64,000 nucleotides of DNA from Thermoplasmata archaeon (lineage in GTDB: Archaea; Thermoplasmatota; DTKX01; VGTL01), in NCBI GenBank assembly GCA_038851035.1, contig JAWCLH010000003.1:47511-111510 (forward strand), read 5' to 3'. The translations under genes and the position numbers were made by a program. Shown here one piece after another: positions 20,501-29,025 of this stretch. Every line of letters starts with the position of its first letter. The stretch's first letter is position 1. The notes beneath the pieces are model-generated. The model was given only the letters and a program-made list of their open reading frames with translations, ran no database searches and had not been told where the DNA came from.

Positions 20501-21314
20501 CTGGGAGCTGACGGTGGGAGACCGGGAGCTCGCGGCGACGGTATTTGTCAATGGAAGCGCTAACTTCACCCTCGCGCCGCCCGTCGTCGTCAGGCCGGGG
20601 GAGATTGTGGTCCTAATCGTGGCGATTGACGTTAGGGAGGGGGCGGGGGAGTATGGTAGATTTGGGGCGGGGATAAAGAGGGTGGAGAGCAGCGGAGTCG
20701 AAGTGGATACTATTATCGAGAGCGAGACGAGAGATGTCGTATTTGTCAAAACGAATGGAAGATGGCAATCACTGACAGCATGTGTAATTAATGAGATAAA
20801 AAAGAAAAGTAGTGGTTACGAAGTTGAATGGATTGAAATTCTTAATAAATCAGGAAATAAGATTTCAGATTGGAAAATTTCAGAATCTCTCGGATCATGG
20901 AGCATATCTATTACTTTAGAAAATGGAGAATGTAAATATTATGCAATCGGCGAAGATATTGTATATTGGAAAAAAGATTCTACTTACAATACAATTTATT
21001 TGTATGATAATAATAATAATTTGAAAGATTCAAAAACTCTTTCTGAATTAACAGAAGGTGCCTATTCAATGGCTCGTTATAGAGATGCAGATGAAAATCC
21101 CACGGATGAATGGTATGATGAGAATGAGCCTACACCTGGAAATAAAAATGATTTAATCCCCGAGTTCCAAGATATTATCTATCCACTCGCCGGCCTTATT
21201 GCTGTAATCGTCGTAATCCGCGCCGCAGGCCGGGGGCGCACCGGGGGTATGAGGCGCATGAAGAGTGGAGCGGAGAAGACGATCCGCGCGCGGAGGCGGA
21301 CCAGCGAGCTCTAA
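17571..21314 (+). CDS. Large surface protein: Pro/Glu-rich N-region with EFEEAP repeats, (G)LVNGRG tandem repeats, single TM, extracellular DG-F-DW domains, C-terminal lamin-tail-like module and hydrophobic/Arg-rich anchor (PGF-CTERM-like)
   Basis: Repeats NGLVNGRGLVNARG at 18243-18570; TM LMMAALAVAIALLIIIPIFYI; motif IIIDGAFEDWD appears twice; C-terminal PLAGLIAVIVVIRAAGRGR. It is paralogous to the gene at 35041-37512. Confidence 0.8.
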   Translation: MRGRLVRWWTLGLMPVLQAQPPDFDGEEPPPQRREQPPPEGHDDFEEVPPPPPGGPAEKATSPPSGPVPAPAGPAEFEEAPPPAPGQSGAPAPESPEELPPSPPPPQPAAPGEPVEFEEAPSRPPAPEASMEFTEAPGPGPSREAPPPEEFEEAPAPGPPEQPAVPPPEAPSPAVTPRGPEEALPGEPEVFEVKAEEAPPVSLRTAPPAEAEAPETRPAARRRAGMVNGRGLVNARGRANGLVNGRGLVNARGRTNGLVNGRGLVNARGATNGLVNGRRRGLVNGASLVNGRRRRGLVNGGGLINGEGVINGRGLVNGKGLINGRGLTNGRQLVAAETVPSRPRPRKRLMMAALAVAIALLIIIPIFYIVQVEKGIAIDGIFADWSGVSNKYNDGGASPVPSTDNNVDIDMFGASASDTDLSFYLKVAGQVLKGAGNGVDTLTIFIDKDHDGNGYLVNSPGGVIHADLKLEVFGWDGLVKSASYSKFEGANPNDYSGWKSLGAARAAVSGSELEAQVWFRDTGMSRNSEVSILFYLRDSNGEEDYSDFTIGMSTGVLSVRQREPSLGGGGGSLVLDLTAHARTINVTSITVTRFGSGGGGMLQLSGPGGLERTASFAGTGSLTGFVLTVERDRTVSVTLYASGMSGVFGMGLASPTAVTASTNGRTVHVSVSGYSTALVNLAGGVPGGIIIDGAFEDWDATRGSAGYRSRLDRSDDVQQSGRVGTPGLIDRGGLAYYPNDNINLQEVAEYDSGGGPLYFYARVAGKAMAGQPVPATRRGTPGPSGPPSPPKELKLVGSDAFYVLIDDDGNKNTGYPLYTEDGDLLIGARYCAVAIGKNGVVLEVRTFVYDGGWREGGFSATAASGGKRIELSASGIAALVAHRTIIIAEDWTCNADRSDAPLVGAGRSGGEPTLIVNEVDIAKHVIRIGSSNNPLFRIELEALNGEVEVSGIELQRDGTAPDEDICLVRLMQDADGDWELTVGDRELAATVFVNGSANFTLAPPVVVRPGEIVVLIVAIDVREGAGEYGRFGAGIKRVESSGVEVDTIIESETRDVVFVKTNGRWQSLTACVINEIKKKSSGYEVEWIEILNKSGNKISDWKISESLGSWSISITLENGECKYYAIGEDIVYWKKDSTYNTIYLYDNNNNLKDSKTLSELTEGAYSMARYRDADENPTDEWYDENEPTPGNKNDLIPEFQDIIYPLAGLIAVIVVIRAAGRGRTGGMRRMKSGAEKTIRARRRTSEL
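18243..18570 (+). repeat. Coding tandem repeat (18-nt unit, ggcctcgtcaacggccg-like) encoding (G)LVNGRG/LVNARG units
   Basis: About 18 consecutive imperfect copies of ctcgtcaacggccgnggg visible directly in the sequence. Confidence 0.8.
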
Positions 21315-21371
21315 ACCTATCATCCTTTCCCGTTTTCATAGTGGCGCCTCTTCAGCGCCTCCATAAGTGCC

Positions 21372-21755
21372 TCACGGCGCCATCTGCTCCTCAATCCAGA
21401 CGATAACTTCCTTCGCGTCCTCCATGAGGGCCTCAGCCTTTTCCTTTGTGTAGAGCTCATAGGGCGGCTCGCCGGAGGCGTCGGGGTATCTGGACAGCGT
21501 GTAGTGCGGCGTCAGCTCGCGAAGGCGCGTGTCGTGCTCGGGAGGAACGCTGGCGATGTGGCCGAGCCTTATCAGCGAGTGCTTCTCCTCCGGGGGCTCG
21601 AGGTTCTTGTGCATCAGGAGCGCCCGGAGCATCTTCTCGACCGATTGATGGCAGAGCCACGCCACGAGATAGAAGTCGCCGGCGGCGAGGGCCCTCTCGG
21701 CGCTCTCCATCTCTCGCTTCGCCTGCTTCACCCATATCAGGACGCGATCCTTCAC
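21372..21755 (-). CDS. HEPN-domain protein (orphan; no adjacent minimal nucleotidyltransferase)
   Basis: LVAWLCHQSVEKMLRALL...HSLIRL...LTPHYTLSRYPDA matches the HEPN helix/R-x4-6-H-like pattern ending in RYPD. Confidence 0.65.
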   Translation of the reverse strand: MKDRVLIWVKQAKREMESAERALAAGDFYLVAWLCHQSVEKMLRALLMHKNLEPPEEKHSLIRLGHIASVPPEHDTRLRELTPHYTLSRYPDASGEPPYELYTKEKAEALMEDAKEVIVWIEEQMAP

Positions 21756-21968
21756 CGCCCAGACCCGGACTATCTAGATGCTTAGGGGTAAATGAAGTTA
21801 TCTGGGAACAGCCCGGAGCGTCTGGAGGCAAGTCGCTGGAGTAGGAAGCAAGGAGGCAACGGTCTCTATCCATCCGGAATAATCGAAAAGGGGGATGAGT
21901 TGGGAGAAGTTTCGGAGTTCGCCGGAGGCGGTCGATGGAGCCTCCGGCAGCGGTGGCAAAATGGAAAA

Positions 21969-24900
21969 ATGAACGATAATAATATATATAATAAATCGAA
22001 TGGTTATACCGAAGGGAGCCTTGTGACGAATACGCGAGCGGTGGTGTGTGCTGTCCTCCTCGCCCTTGTCCTGCCCTGCGCCCTGCCAATCGCGCCTGAG
22101 GCCTCCGGATACGAGATAACCCGCTTCATGGACGGGGCGCTGGAGAGGGAGCTGGTTTTCACAGCGGAATCGCTATTCGCAACGGTCCAGCTGTCCATTC
22201 CGCGCGCTACAAATCTGTCCAGAGCCGAGCTTAGCATCTCCTCATCAGCCTCATCGGTCTCTGCGTTGCTGATGGAAAACACCTTCGCCTCCGGGTCTAT
22301 CCAGAACCTGACCCGCGCCAGTGAACTGCGGCTGGTCGAGAAGGACCGGTGGTGGAATACTTCATGGTCTTACAGAGCTCCCATATCGGTCAACTCCGGT
22401 TCCAAACCAAGGCGCAACATCACCGTTGTCGCCGACATCAATATTTCTCTTCTATTCACGAACCTCGGTATTCTGGGAAGGTCCCTGGATGCGAAATCAT
22501 TGAGAATCATTGAGGTAGATGCAAACGGCGACCCTGTGATCTTCAATGCCTCGATTGCCGGACCCGAAAAGTACGAGGTCCCGATGAGGTGGTCGAGGGC
22601 ACCGGGCTACAGCGCGCCCGGCAATGAAATAATAAGGCTCGAGTGGCTCCTCGCTGGCGATACCCCGCAGAATAGGGAGCGCAGGTTCCATCTATACTTC
22701 GACGACACCACCGCAACCCCTAAGCCCGAAAGCGACGCGAGGCTGGCGTTCTGGGACGATGTTCTTTTCTCCAACTGGGCCCCCTACACCAACTTCGGTC
22801 TGCTCTACAGAAACTCCAACGGGAATTTCTCCAATGTGCCGTCAGGTAGCTTCCCCACTAACGCCTCCGCGGCTGTGATTACCGGGGACTTCAACGGGGA
22901 TGGCTACCCCGACGCCGTCTTCGCCAACTGGTACAATGGCTCGTCCTACGAAATCACGAGCGACATCTTCGCCGGAGGCCCCGGGGGGCCAGACAATGTT
23001 CCCGAATGGTCCCTCCTGACCTGTGGGACTTTCGGCTGCGCCGTCGGAGACCTGAACGGCGATGGCATCGACGACATCGCCTTCCCCGGCCTCAGAGTCG
23101 GCTCTAACTATAGCATCGGGAGCAGGGTTTATCTGGGGAACGTGGCGGGCCCGTCGAATGACTCTGCGATTCTTTTCTATACAGAAGGCGCCACGGACGC
23201 GGCGATTGCCGATTTCAACCGCGATGGGCTTAACGACATCGTTTTCTCCAACGCCTACAACGGAAGCTCCGGAAACATTTATAGCTTCATATACTACAAT
23301 AGCGCGGGCGGAATCAACCCTGTGCCGGATGTCCGACTCCCGAGCCAGAATGCCTATGCAGTTGAGGCCGCGGACCTGAACAGGGACGGCTGGGTGGACA
23401 TCGTCATCGCCAACCGCAAGAACACGAGCCTCTCGGGCTCCGCGCAGTACAACATCAACAGCTTTGTATACTACGGGGGGCCGGGGGGATTCAACTCCAC
23501 CCCCGACGTCCTCCTTCCTACATACGGCGCCCTCGACGCCAAAATCGCGGACCTGAACATGGACGGTTGGCTTGACATAATTTTTGCGAACTACAACGAC
23601 GGCGCAACCTATAACACGATGAGCCATGCCTACTTCGGCGGCCCCTCGGGCTTCTCGACCACGCCCGGCGCCTACTTCCAGACATCGTGGGCCTACGGCG
23701 TCTCCGTGGGCGATGTGAACAATGATGGAATTCCGGATGTGGCCTTCGCGAACTACTACAATGGCGTTTCGACCGACATCAACAGCACGATATTCCTGGG
23801 GCCATGTATCGGGCTCCAGCAGCCTGACATATTCCTCCCGACGCACGGTGCGAATGACGTCCACATCGTGGACGTGGACAGGTACGACATGTCCAGGGAC
23901 CTGAGCCCTCCCATCGTCCACCCTGGCGTCCCCGAGGGGCGCTACGTTCCCTCCGGGAGCTACGTATCTGCAGAGCTCGTCGAGGACGAGCGAATTCTCT
24001 CCGCCTCCGCGACCTGGAACGCCACCGTCCCCGCCCAGCCCTCCGGCTGCTACGTGACCGTTGCGCTCTCCGGCGACGGCGGCGCGAGCTGGATCGAGGT
24101 CTCAAAGGGCGAGAGGCTCGATTTCACAACCCCGACGAAATCGCTGAGGTACCGCGTTGCCCTCCACTCAGACCCAAGGGCAGTCGAGACGCCTGTCTTC
24201 AAAGACATCACGATATTTTATGAAAAGGAGAGCTACCCCCACAACGTGACGCTGGACGTCGGGGAAGACGGCACGGTTGACTGGCGCTGGCCCGGCAAAT
24301 TCCCAGAGAGCGTCACGGTCAATGAGAGCACCCCGGGCGTCGCTGGGAAGGGCTTTGTGACGCTCCTCATGGAGCTCGTGCCTCGCGTCGGCATAGGGAA
24401 CCAGACCGTGCCCCTTAGGCTCGCGTCGGAGAGGCCCGGCGTCCTGAGGCTGCGCGGCCTTAGCATCGCCGGCAACTACGCCCCCGAGGCCTTCCTCCCG
24501 ATTCCGGACTTCCTGATGCTCGAGGACACCACAATAGAGAATGTGCTCAACTTCAACAACTTCTTCAGGGACCTCGACGGCGACCCCCTGCAGTTCACGC
24601 TTACGGGCGGACGGAACGTGAACGTCATTATCGCGACCAACGGCAGCGCGAGCTTCTCGCCCGCGCGCAACTGGTTCGGCACCGAGCGCCTTACGGTCAG
24701 GGCCGCGGACCCTTCGGGCGAGAAGGCCGAGCTCTCCTTCGCTGTCGAGGTCAGGTCGGTCGAGGACCCGCCCTTCTTCACCGCCCCCCTGCCAGACGTG
24801 AGTGTTCCGGAGGGAGAGAGCGCGCCCCAGCTCTTCAACCTGCTGGACTATATTGAAGACGAGGATACGGTGAAGACCGCGCTAATATTCTCGGTCGTCG

Positions 24901-26348
24901 AGGTCTCGAACAGAAACGTCTCCGTTCTCATCGATTCGAGCCGCAATGTGGAGGTATCATCGAGACTCGGCTGGAACGGCACCGCTGTGGCGAGAATCAA
25001 GGTCTTCGACGGCGAGCTCAGCGCCTTCGCCCAGCTCAACATCACGGTAGAGAGGGCGAACAGGCCCCCGGTTGTTTCGGCCCTGCCAAGCATCAGCCTC
25101 CAGCAGGGCAGTGTGATGGAGAGAGCATTCAACCTGCGCAACTACACCTCCGACCCCGACACACCCATCGAGAATCTTGTCTTCGCTATAGAAAGCAACA
25201 ACGAGCCCTCCTCGGGCGTCTCCATCGACACAGAAGGCTGGGTCCATGTACGGCCAGCATCTGAGTGGAAGGGGACGGCGCTCGTCGTCGTCAACGTAAC
25301 AGACGGCCAGTGGACCGTCAGGGCATCTTTCACCGTCACCGTTCTGGAGAAGCCCGCGACCCCCCCTCCGACGCCAGCCCCAGTCGAGGACAGGACCCTC
25401 GACTACATCCTGATCGCCCTCCTCATCGTCCTCGTGGTCGCTGTGATTGTCGATGTGGGCCTCAGGGTGAGAAAGCCGCCCCCGACTCCCCCCCAAGCAG
25501 GAGCGGTCGAAAGGAAGGAGGAGGTAGGGGCTCCGCCGGAGGCACCGGAGTCGAGGGTGGAGCCGAGGCCACCGGGTGAAGGCGCGGTAACCCCCGCTCC
25601 TGAGGAAGGCGGTGTGCTGCCGCCCGTGCCGCCGACCGGCGAGGGCGCGCCGGAGAGTGTCCCTGGAGGCGGTGAGGTCCCGGCTCCCGGCGAGACCGCC
25701 GGGCCGCGCGCGCCAGAGGCACTGATTGAAGAGCGCGAGGTGCCGCCGGAGGGCCCCGCGCCACCCACCCCCAAGGAGGAAACGGGCTTCGAGGTCGTTT
25801 CGGTCGAGGAGATGCCGGGGGCCGGGGTTGCGGCTCTGCCAGAGGGGGGAGCCGAGGTACCTCAGGTCCCCGAGAGCGTTCCTGACGTGACGCCGCCGGA
25901 GGCCGGAGCAGAGCCGACACAGGAAGCCCCCCACACGGAGGGAGAGGCCGGGGCCGCGGCCGGAGCCGGTTTCGAGGAGCTCCCGGCGCCGGCCGCTCCA
26001 GGAGTTGAGGAGCGGCCCGCCGGCGGCGTGCCGGAAGAGAGGCCCGCCGCGCCCATGGGCACTAAGAGCGCCGCAGAGCTGCTTGCAGCACTGGAGGGAA
26101 GAGCCCCAGCGGAGGCAGCTCCTCAACCCTCCCCTCCACTGCCTCAGGAGCCCCCGGCCCCCGGCCCAGCACCCGCGCCGGGCCCGATAGGCGAGGAAGG
26201 CCCACCCGGAGAGGTCGAACAGCAACCGCCCAAACCCGTCACGAAGGTCAGGTGCGCGGGCTGCAGGGCTGCCATCCCCGTTTTCAGCACCCAGAGGCCG
26301 CTCGTCGTCACCTGCCCCCACTGCGGGAGAATGGGTATGCTGAAGTAG
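21969..26348 (+). CDS. Very large surface protein with FG-GAP/VCBS-type beta-propeller repeats, cadherin-like/He_PIG Ig-like domains, C-terminal TM, Pro/Glu/Ala-rich cytoplasmic tail and a terminal CxxC...CxxC zinc ribbon
   Basis: Signal/TM AVVCAVLLALVLPCALPIAP; repeated DxNxDGxxD calcium-binding-like FG-GAP motifs (DFNGDGYPDAVFAN, DLNGDGIDDIAF, DFNRDGLNDIVFSN, DLNRDGWVDIVIAN, DLNMDGWLDIIFAN, DVNNDGIPDVAFAN); TM LIALLIVLVVAVIV; C-terminal VRCAGCRA...CPHCGRMGMLK. The start was trimmed from the 21792 ORF to the AT-rich MNDNNIYNK. Confidence 0.8.
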   Translation: MNDNNIYNKSNGYTEGSLVTNTRAVVCAVLLALVLPCALPIAPEASGYEITRFMDGALERELVFTAESLFATVQLSIPRATNLSRAELSISSSASSVSALLMENTFASGSIQNLTRASELRLVEKDRWWNTSWSYRAPISVNSGSKPRRNITVVADINISLLFTNLGILGRSLDAKSLRIIEVDANGDPVIFNASIAGPEKYEVPMRWSRAPGYSAPGNEIIRLEWLLAGDTPQNRERRFHLYFDDTTATPKPESDARLAFWDDVLFSNWAPYTNFGLLYRNSNGNFSNVPSGSFPTNASAAVITGDFNGDGYPDAVFANWYNGSSYEITSDIFAGGPGGPDNVPEWSLLTCGTFGCAVGDLNGDGIDDIAFPGLRVGSNYSIGSRVYLGNVAGPSNDSAILFYTEGATDAAIADFNRDGLNDIVFSNAYNGSSGNIYSFIYYNSAGGINPVPDVRLPSQNAYAVEAADLNRDGWVDIVIANRKNTSLSGSAQYNINSFVYYGGPGGFNSTPDVLLPTYGALDAKIADLNMDGWLDIIFANYNDGATYNTMSHAYFGGPSGFSTTPGAYFQTSWAYGVSVGDVNNDGIPDVAFANYYNGVSTDINSTIFLGPCIGLQQPDIFLPTHGANDVHIVDVDRYDMSRDLSPPIVHPGVPEGRYVPSGSYVSAELVEDERILSASATWNATVPAQPSGCYVTVALSGDGGASWIEVSKGERLDFTTPTKSLRYRVALHSDPRAVETPVFKDITIFYEKESYPHNVTLDVGEDGTVDWRWPGKFPESVTVNESTPGVAGKGFVTLLMELVPRVGIGNQTVPLRLASERPGVLRLRGLSIAGNYAPEAFLPIPDFLMLEDTTIENVLNFNNFFRDLDGDPLQFTLTGGRNVNVIIATNGSASFSPARNWFGTERLTVRAADPSGEKAELSFAVEVRSVEDPPFFTAPLPDVSVPEGESAPQLFNLLDYIEDEDTVKTALIFSVVEVSNRNVSVLIDSSRNVEVSSRLGWNGTAVARIKVFDGELSAFAQLNITVERANRPPVVSALPSISLQQGSVMERAFNLRNYTSDPDTPIENLVFAIESNNEPSSGVSIDTEGWVHVRPASEWKGTALVVVNVTDGQWTVRASFTVTVLEKPATPPPTPAPVEDRTLDYILIALLIVLVVAVIVDVGLRVRKPPPTPPQAGAVERKEEVGAPPEAPESRVEPRPPGEGAVTPAPEEGGVLPPVPPTGEGAPESVPGGGEVPAPGETAGPRAPEALIEEREVPPEGPAPPTPKEETGFEVVSVEEMPGAGVAALPEGGAEVPQVPESVPDVTPPEAGAEPTQEAPHTEGEAGAAAGAGFEELPAPAAPGVEERPAGGVPEERPAAPMGTKSAAELLAALEGRAPAEAAPQPSPPLPQEPPAPGPAPAPGPIGEEGPPGEVEQQPPKPVTKVRCAGCRAAIPVFSTQRPLVVTCPHCGRMGMLK

Positions 26349-26420
26349 GCCTGCTCGTAGTGCATCTGCGCTGAGGGGTGGCTGGGGGACAATGGAGTGG
26401 GGGGCACCCCGCGCCTTTCC

Positions 26421-27824
26421 TCAGGCGATATCCTGTCCCGACAGACTCGGGGTCTTCCGCTTTCCGGACGCAGATGGCGGTCTGGAGGCGCCGGGGTCCG
26501 GGCCCGGCAGACCGTGGTCATCTACGTTTACTCCCCGAAACCCTTCCCCACCTCTGCTGAGGGGCTGCCCAACCGGCTGGAGTTCGAGCGGAATCGCCAC
26601 CATTTGAACGAAGGAGAGACCCTTCCAGCGGAGCCGCGAGAGTAAGAGTTCTGCGATGCGGTACTGTCCGCCGGAGGTCATCAGCCGGCACCGGAGACGA
26701 CGCCTCTCGCCCTTCATCACACCTCCGATACAGGCGAGGAGGCTCTTCAGGTCCTCGGGATGGGCCTCGAGAACCACTCTCCCTCTGGCCACATCCTCCC
26801 TCCTGAAGCCTGTCATCTCTTCGAATCGATTGTTGATGAATATGCAGCGGAGCCTCCGGTCCACAATGCACACCCCCGCTGGCATGCTCCAGAGCATCTC
26901 GTCGCAGAACTCGCTCTCGGACCTTCTCGCCTCCTCCACGGCCTTCAGATCAGTTATGTCGACGCGAACGCCGGCTATCCCCGCTCGCTCACCTGTCGAG
27001 TCGGGGACTGGAGAAGCGCAGTCGAGCACCCAGCGGTAGACGCCGTCGGCGCGGAGCCACCGATAAACCAACCGGGCGGCGTCCCCTGAAGCCAGCTCCC
27101 GGAGAGCGCGCAGCACTCTCCTCTGGTCCTCGGGGTGGATGCGTGTCTTCCACAGGGCGGGGCGCTCGATGAACTCCGAGGGGCTGAAGCCCGTGAGCTC
27201 CTTCACCTTCCCTCCGACCCAGCTCGACGCAGCCGAGCCGCTGGTCGAAAGAAAATAGACGAAAACGGGAAGAGCTTCAGGAGATGGAATGACTGGGAGT
27301 GTGCCGCAGGCCTTTCTCTTTTCCTTCTCATCCCCTCCCTCGCCCGCCGCCGGTGGCATGGGGAGCACTGTGAGCTGGATGGACCCGTCCGGACCGCTTA
27401 GCTCCACAATCTGCCCGGAGCCCGTCTGGCCCACTGTTTTCAGAATTCTACGCAACTTCTGCCTTTCCTCTTCTCCGCAGAGCGATTTGAGGCTTTCGAA
27501 GAGACTCATAGCCTCATCATTGAGTCTGAGAATCTCGCCATCCGAGCTCGCCAGAAAAAGAGGTAGCGGGGTTCCTCCAGGGTCCTCGAGCAGCCCAGCT
27601 ATATCCTCCTGTCCAGTAACTGGCCTGGTTCTGAGCAGTCGGGGGTGAGGGGCACCACCAGTCACCCGGCCGCCCGCTGTTCCACCATCTACAAGGGCTG
27701 GACGGGGCGGCGATGGCCGAGGGATGGTGCGTACTCCCAGAGGAATCAGGGGAAGATCCCCGCCGGCCTTAAGGTGGGGGCATGCGGCTACCTCTTTCAG
27801 GAGACCTCCCATCCCGGTCCTCAA
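26421..27824 (-). CDS. Multi-PAS-domain sensor protein without a recognisable catalytic output domain
   Basis: Three PAS-like blocks (e.g. ILRLNDEAMSLFES, YRWLRADGVYRWVLDCASPVPD, MLWSMPAGVCIVDRRLRCIFINNRFEEMTGF...RLRCRLMTSGGQYRIAELLLSRL); the start is probably downstream of the called M. Confidence 0.65.
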   Translation of the reverse strand: MRTGMGGLLKEVAACPHLKAGGDLPLIPLGVRTIPRPSPPRPALVDGGTAGGRVTGGAPHPRLLRTRPVTGQEDIAGLLEDPGGTPLPLFLASSDGEILRLNDEAMSLFESLKSLCGEEERQKLRRILKTVGQTGSGQIVELSGPDGSIQLTVLPMPPAAGEGGDEKEKRKACGTLPVIPSPEALPVFVYFLSTSGSAASSWVGGKVKELTGFSPSEFIERPALWKTRIHPEDQRRVLRALRELASGDAARLVYRWLRADGVYRWVLDCASPVPDSTGERAGIAGVRVDITDLKAVEEARRSESEFCDEMLWSMPAGVCIVDRRLRCIFINNRFEEMTGFRREDVARGRVVLEAHPEDLKSLLACIGGVMKGERRRLRCRLMTSGGQYRIAELLLSRLRWKGLSFVQMVAIPLELQPVGQPLSRGGEGFRGVNVDDHGLPGPDPGASRPPSASGKRKTPSLSGQDIA

Positions 27825-27919
27825 CCGCTCATATCTATTACAACTCGTGATATAAATACCTTGCTGGAAAAATTAACAGCAAAGCCTAAATACTTAAAAC
27901 TCCGCCACCGACGGTAGAA

Positions 27920-29023
27920 TCAACACAGGGGCAGCACGCCGAACTGAAGGATTTCCATCCTCTCCTCGGGGGTCAGGAGGCTCGAGCTCAGGAGAATCGT
28001 GGCCCCGGTGTTTCTGGCGACCCGGACGAGGTCCCTGACGAGGTCGAGGGCGGCGAAGTATCCCGCGTTCGTGACGATGTAGTCCAGATTCTCGATGAGG
28101 ACCACAGACCTCTCCGACTGCTCGATGTAGTCCCGCACGGTGTGGAGGAGAACATCGCACTCCGAGGGAGGCAGCGCCCTCTCGTAGACCGATTGGGCCA
28201 TCCATATCACGGGCACCCTCCTGAGGCCCGTCGCCGCCCTCAGCGAGACGGGGTGGGTGCGCGTGACGACGAGGCCGGGTATCCCGGCGCGCGCCGCGGC
28301 CAAGAGCGCCTCCCTTGCCCCGGCGACCCCGCCCTCTCCGGCCAGGTATACCCCGGGCCCGGGTCCCGTCCAGCCCTCACCGCTGCCGGGTCCCTCGGCT
28401 GCGGGGGCCGGGCTGAATGCCTTGTACCTGAGGACGAGGAGGGTAAGAATCGCCGAGGCCCCCGCGGACGCGTAGGGAAAAATCGCAATGGAGACGCCGA
28501 GGAAAGGCAACAGGGCGTCGCAGACGGGGCCAGCGACGAAGAGCACGGTCAGGGCCGAGGCAATCATCTCTGGCTCCCTCTCGGATAGAACGGCCTCCGA
28601 GCGGCCGGCGTATAAAAAGAACGAGGCGAGGAGATAGAAGAACGCGCCGTGTAGCAGGTAGGCTGGATGGGGTGGGCTCCAGCCGTAACTCACGCCAGCC
28701 GCGAGTAAGAGTAGAGCGGGAATGAATAAGAGCGGCCCCCGAATGATTCCCCGCCCCGAGAGGTGCTTTCCTGATGTGTAGCCGAGGGTGAATAGGGCGA
28801 CGAGAGGGGCCTCCGCAATGGAGAGAGCGAGGGACGCTGTCGGATCGCTCGGCCAGAGATAGGTCAGGTCGTGGATTGAGAATGTGCCGATGAGGACCGC
28901 AAGAAGTGTGGCGACGCGGCCGCGGGCAGACCGAACGAGCAGTAGAAGAAGGCCGACGTGGAGGAATAGGGGAAGGAGGAGCCACTGGTCCAGGAGCCGA
29001 GTGAGCGGGGAGACCTCCCTCAT
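27920..29023 (-). CDS. 7-TM membrane protein with a C-terminal degenerate (P-loop-less) KaiC/RecA-like domain (DUF835-like architecture). Start trimmed to MREVSPLTRLL; the upstream 185 codons of the track ORF overlap the real ASCH gene in another frame
   Basis: About 7 hydrophobic helices, then GIPGLVVTRTHPVSLRAATG...SVVLIENLDYIVTNAGYFAALDLVRDLVRVARNTGATILLSS. This aligns block by block with the soluble DRPH paralogs at 29.9-34.4 kb and with the intact KaiC-like gene at 31931. Confidence 0.65.
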   Translation of the reverse strand: MREVSPLTRLLDQWLLLPLFLHVGLLLLLVRSARGRVATLLAVLIGTFSIHDLTYLWPSDPTASLALSIAEAPLVALFTLGYTSGKHLSGRGIIRGPLLFIPALLLLAAGVSYGWSPPHPAYLLHGAFFYLLASFFLYAGRSEAVLSEREPEMIASALTVLFVAGPVCDALLPFLGVSIAIFPYASAGASAILTLLVLRYKAFSPAPAAEGPGSGEGWTGPGPGVYLAGEGGVAGAREALLAAARAGIPGLVVTRTHPVSLRAATGLRRVPVIWMAQSVYERALPPSECDVLLHTVRDYIEQSERSVVLIENLDYIVTNAGYFAALDLVRDLVRVARNTGATILLSSSLLTPEERMEILQFGVLPLC

Positions 29024-29025
29024 CT

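Noticed and set aside
24957-26321. 454-aa minus-strand ORF (plus 22842-23921, 17513-18661, 16130-16816, 16596-17066, 13056-13616, 33460-34905 minus-strand ORFs)
   Set aside because: All are antisense to long plus-strand genes that have clear repeat/domain structure (TPR, FG-GAP, LVNGRG, DRPH). Their Arg/Pro/Gly/Ser-rich low-complexity translations are the usual shadow ORFs of a >60% GC genome
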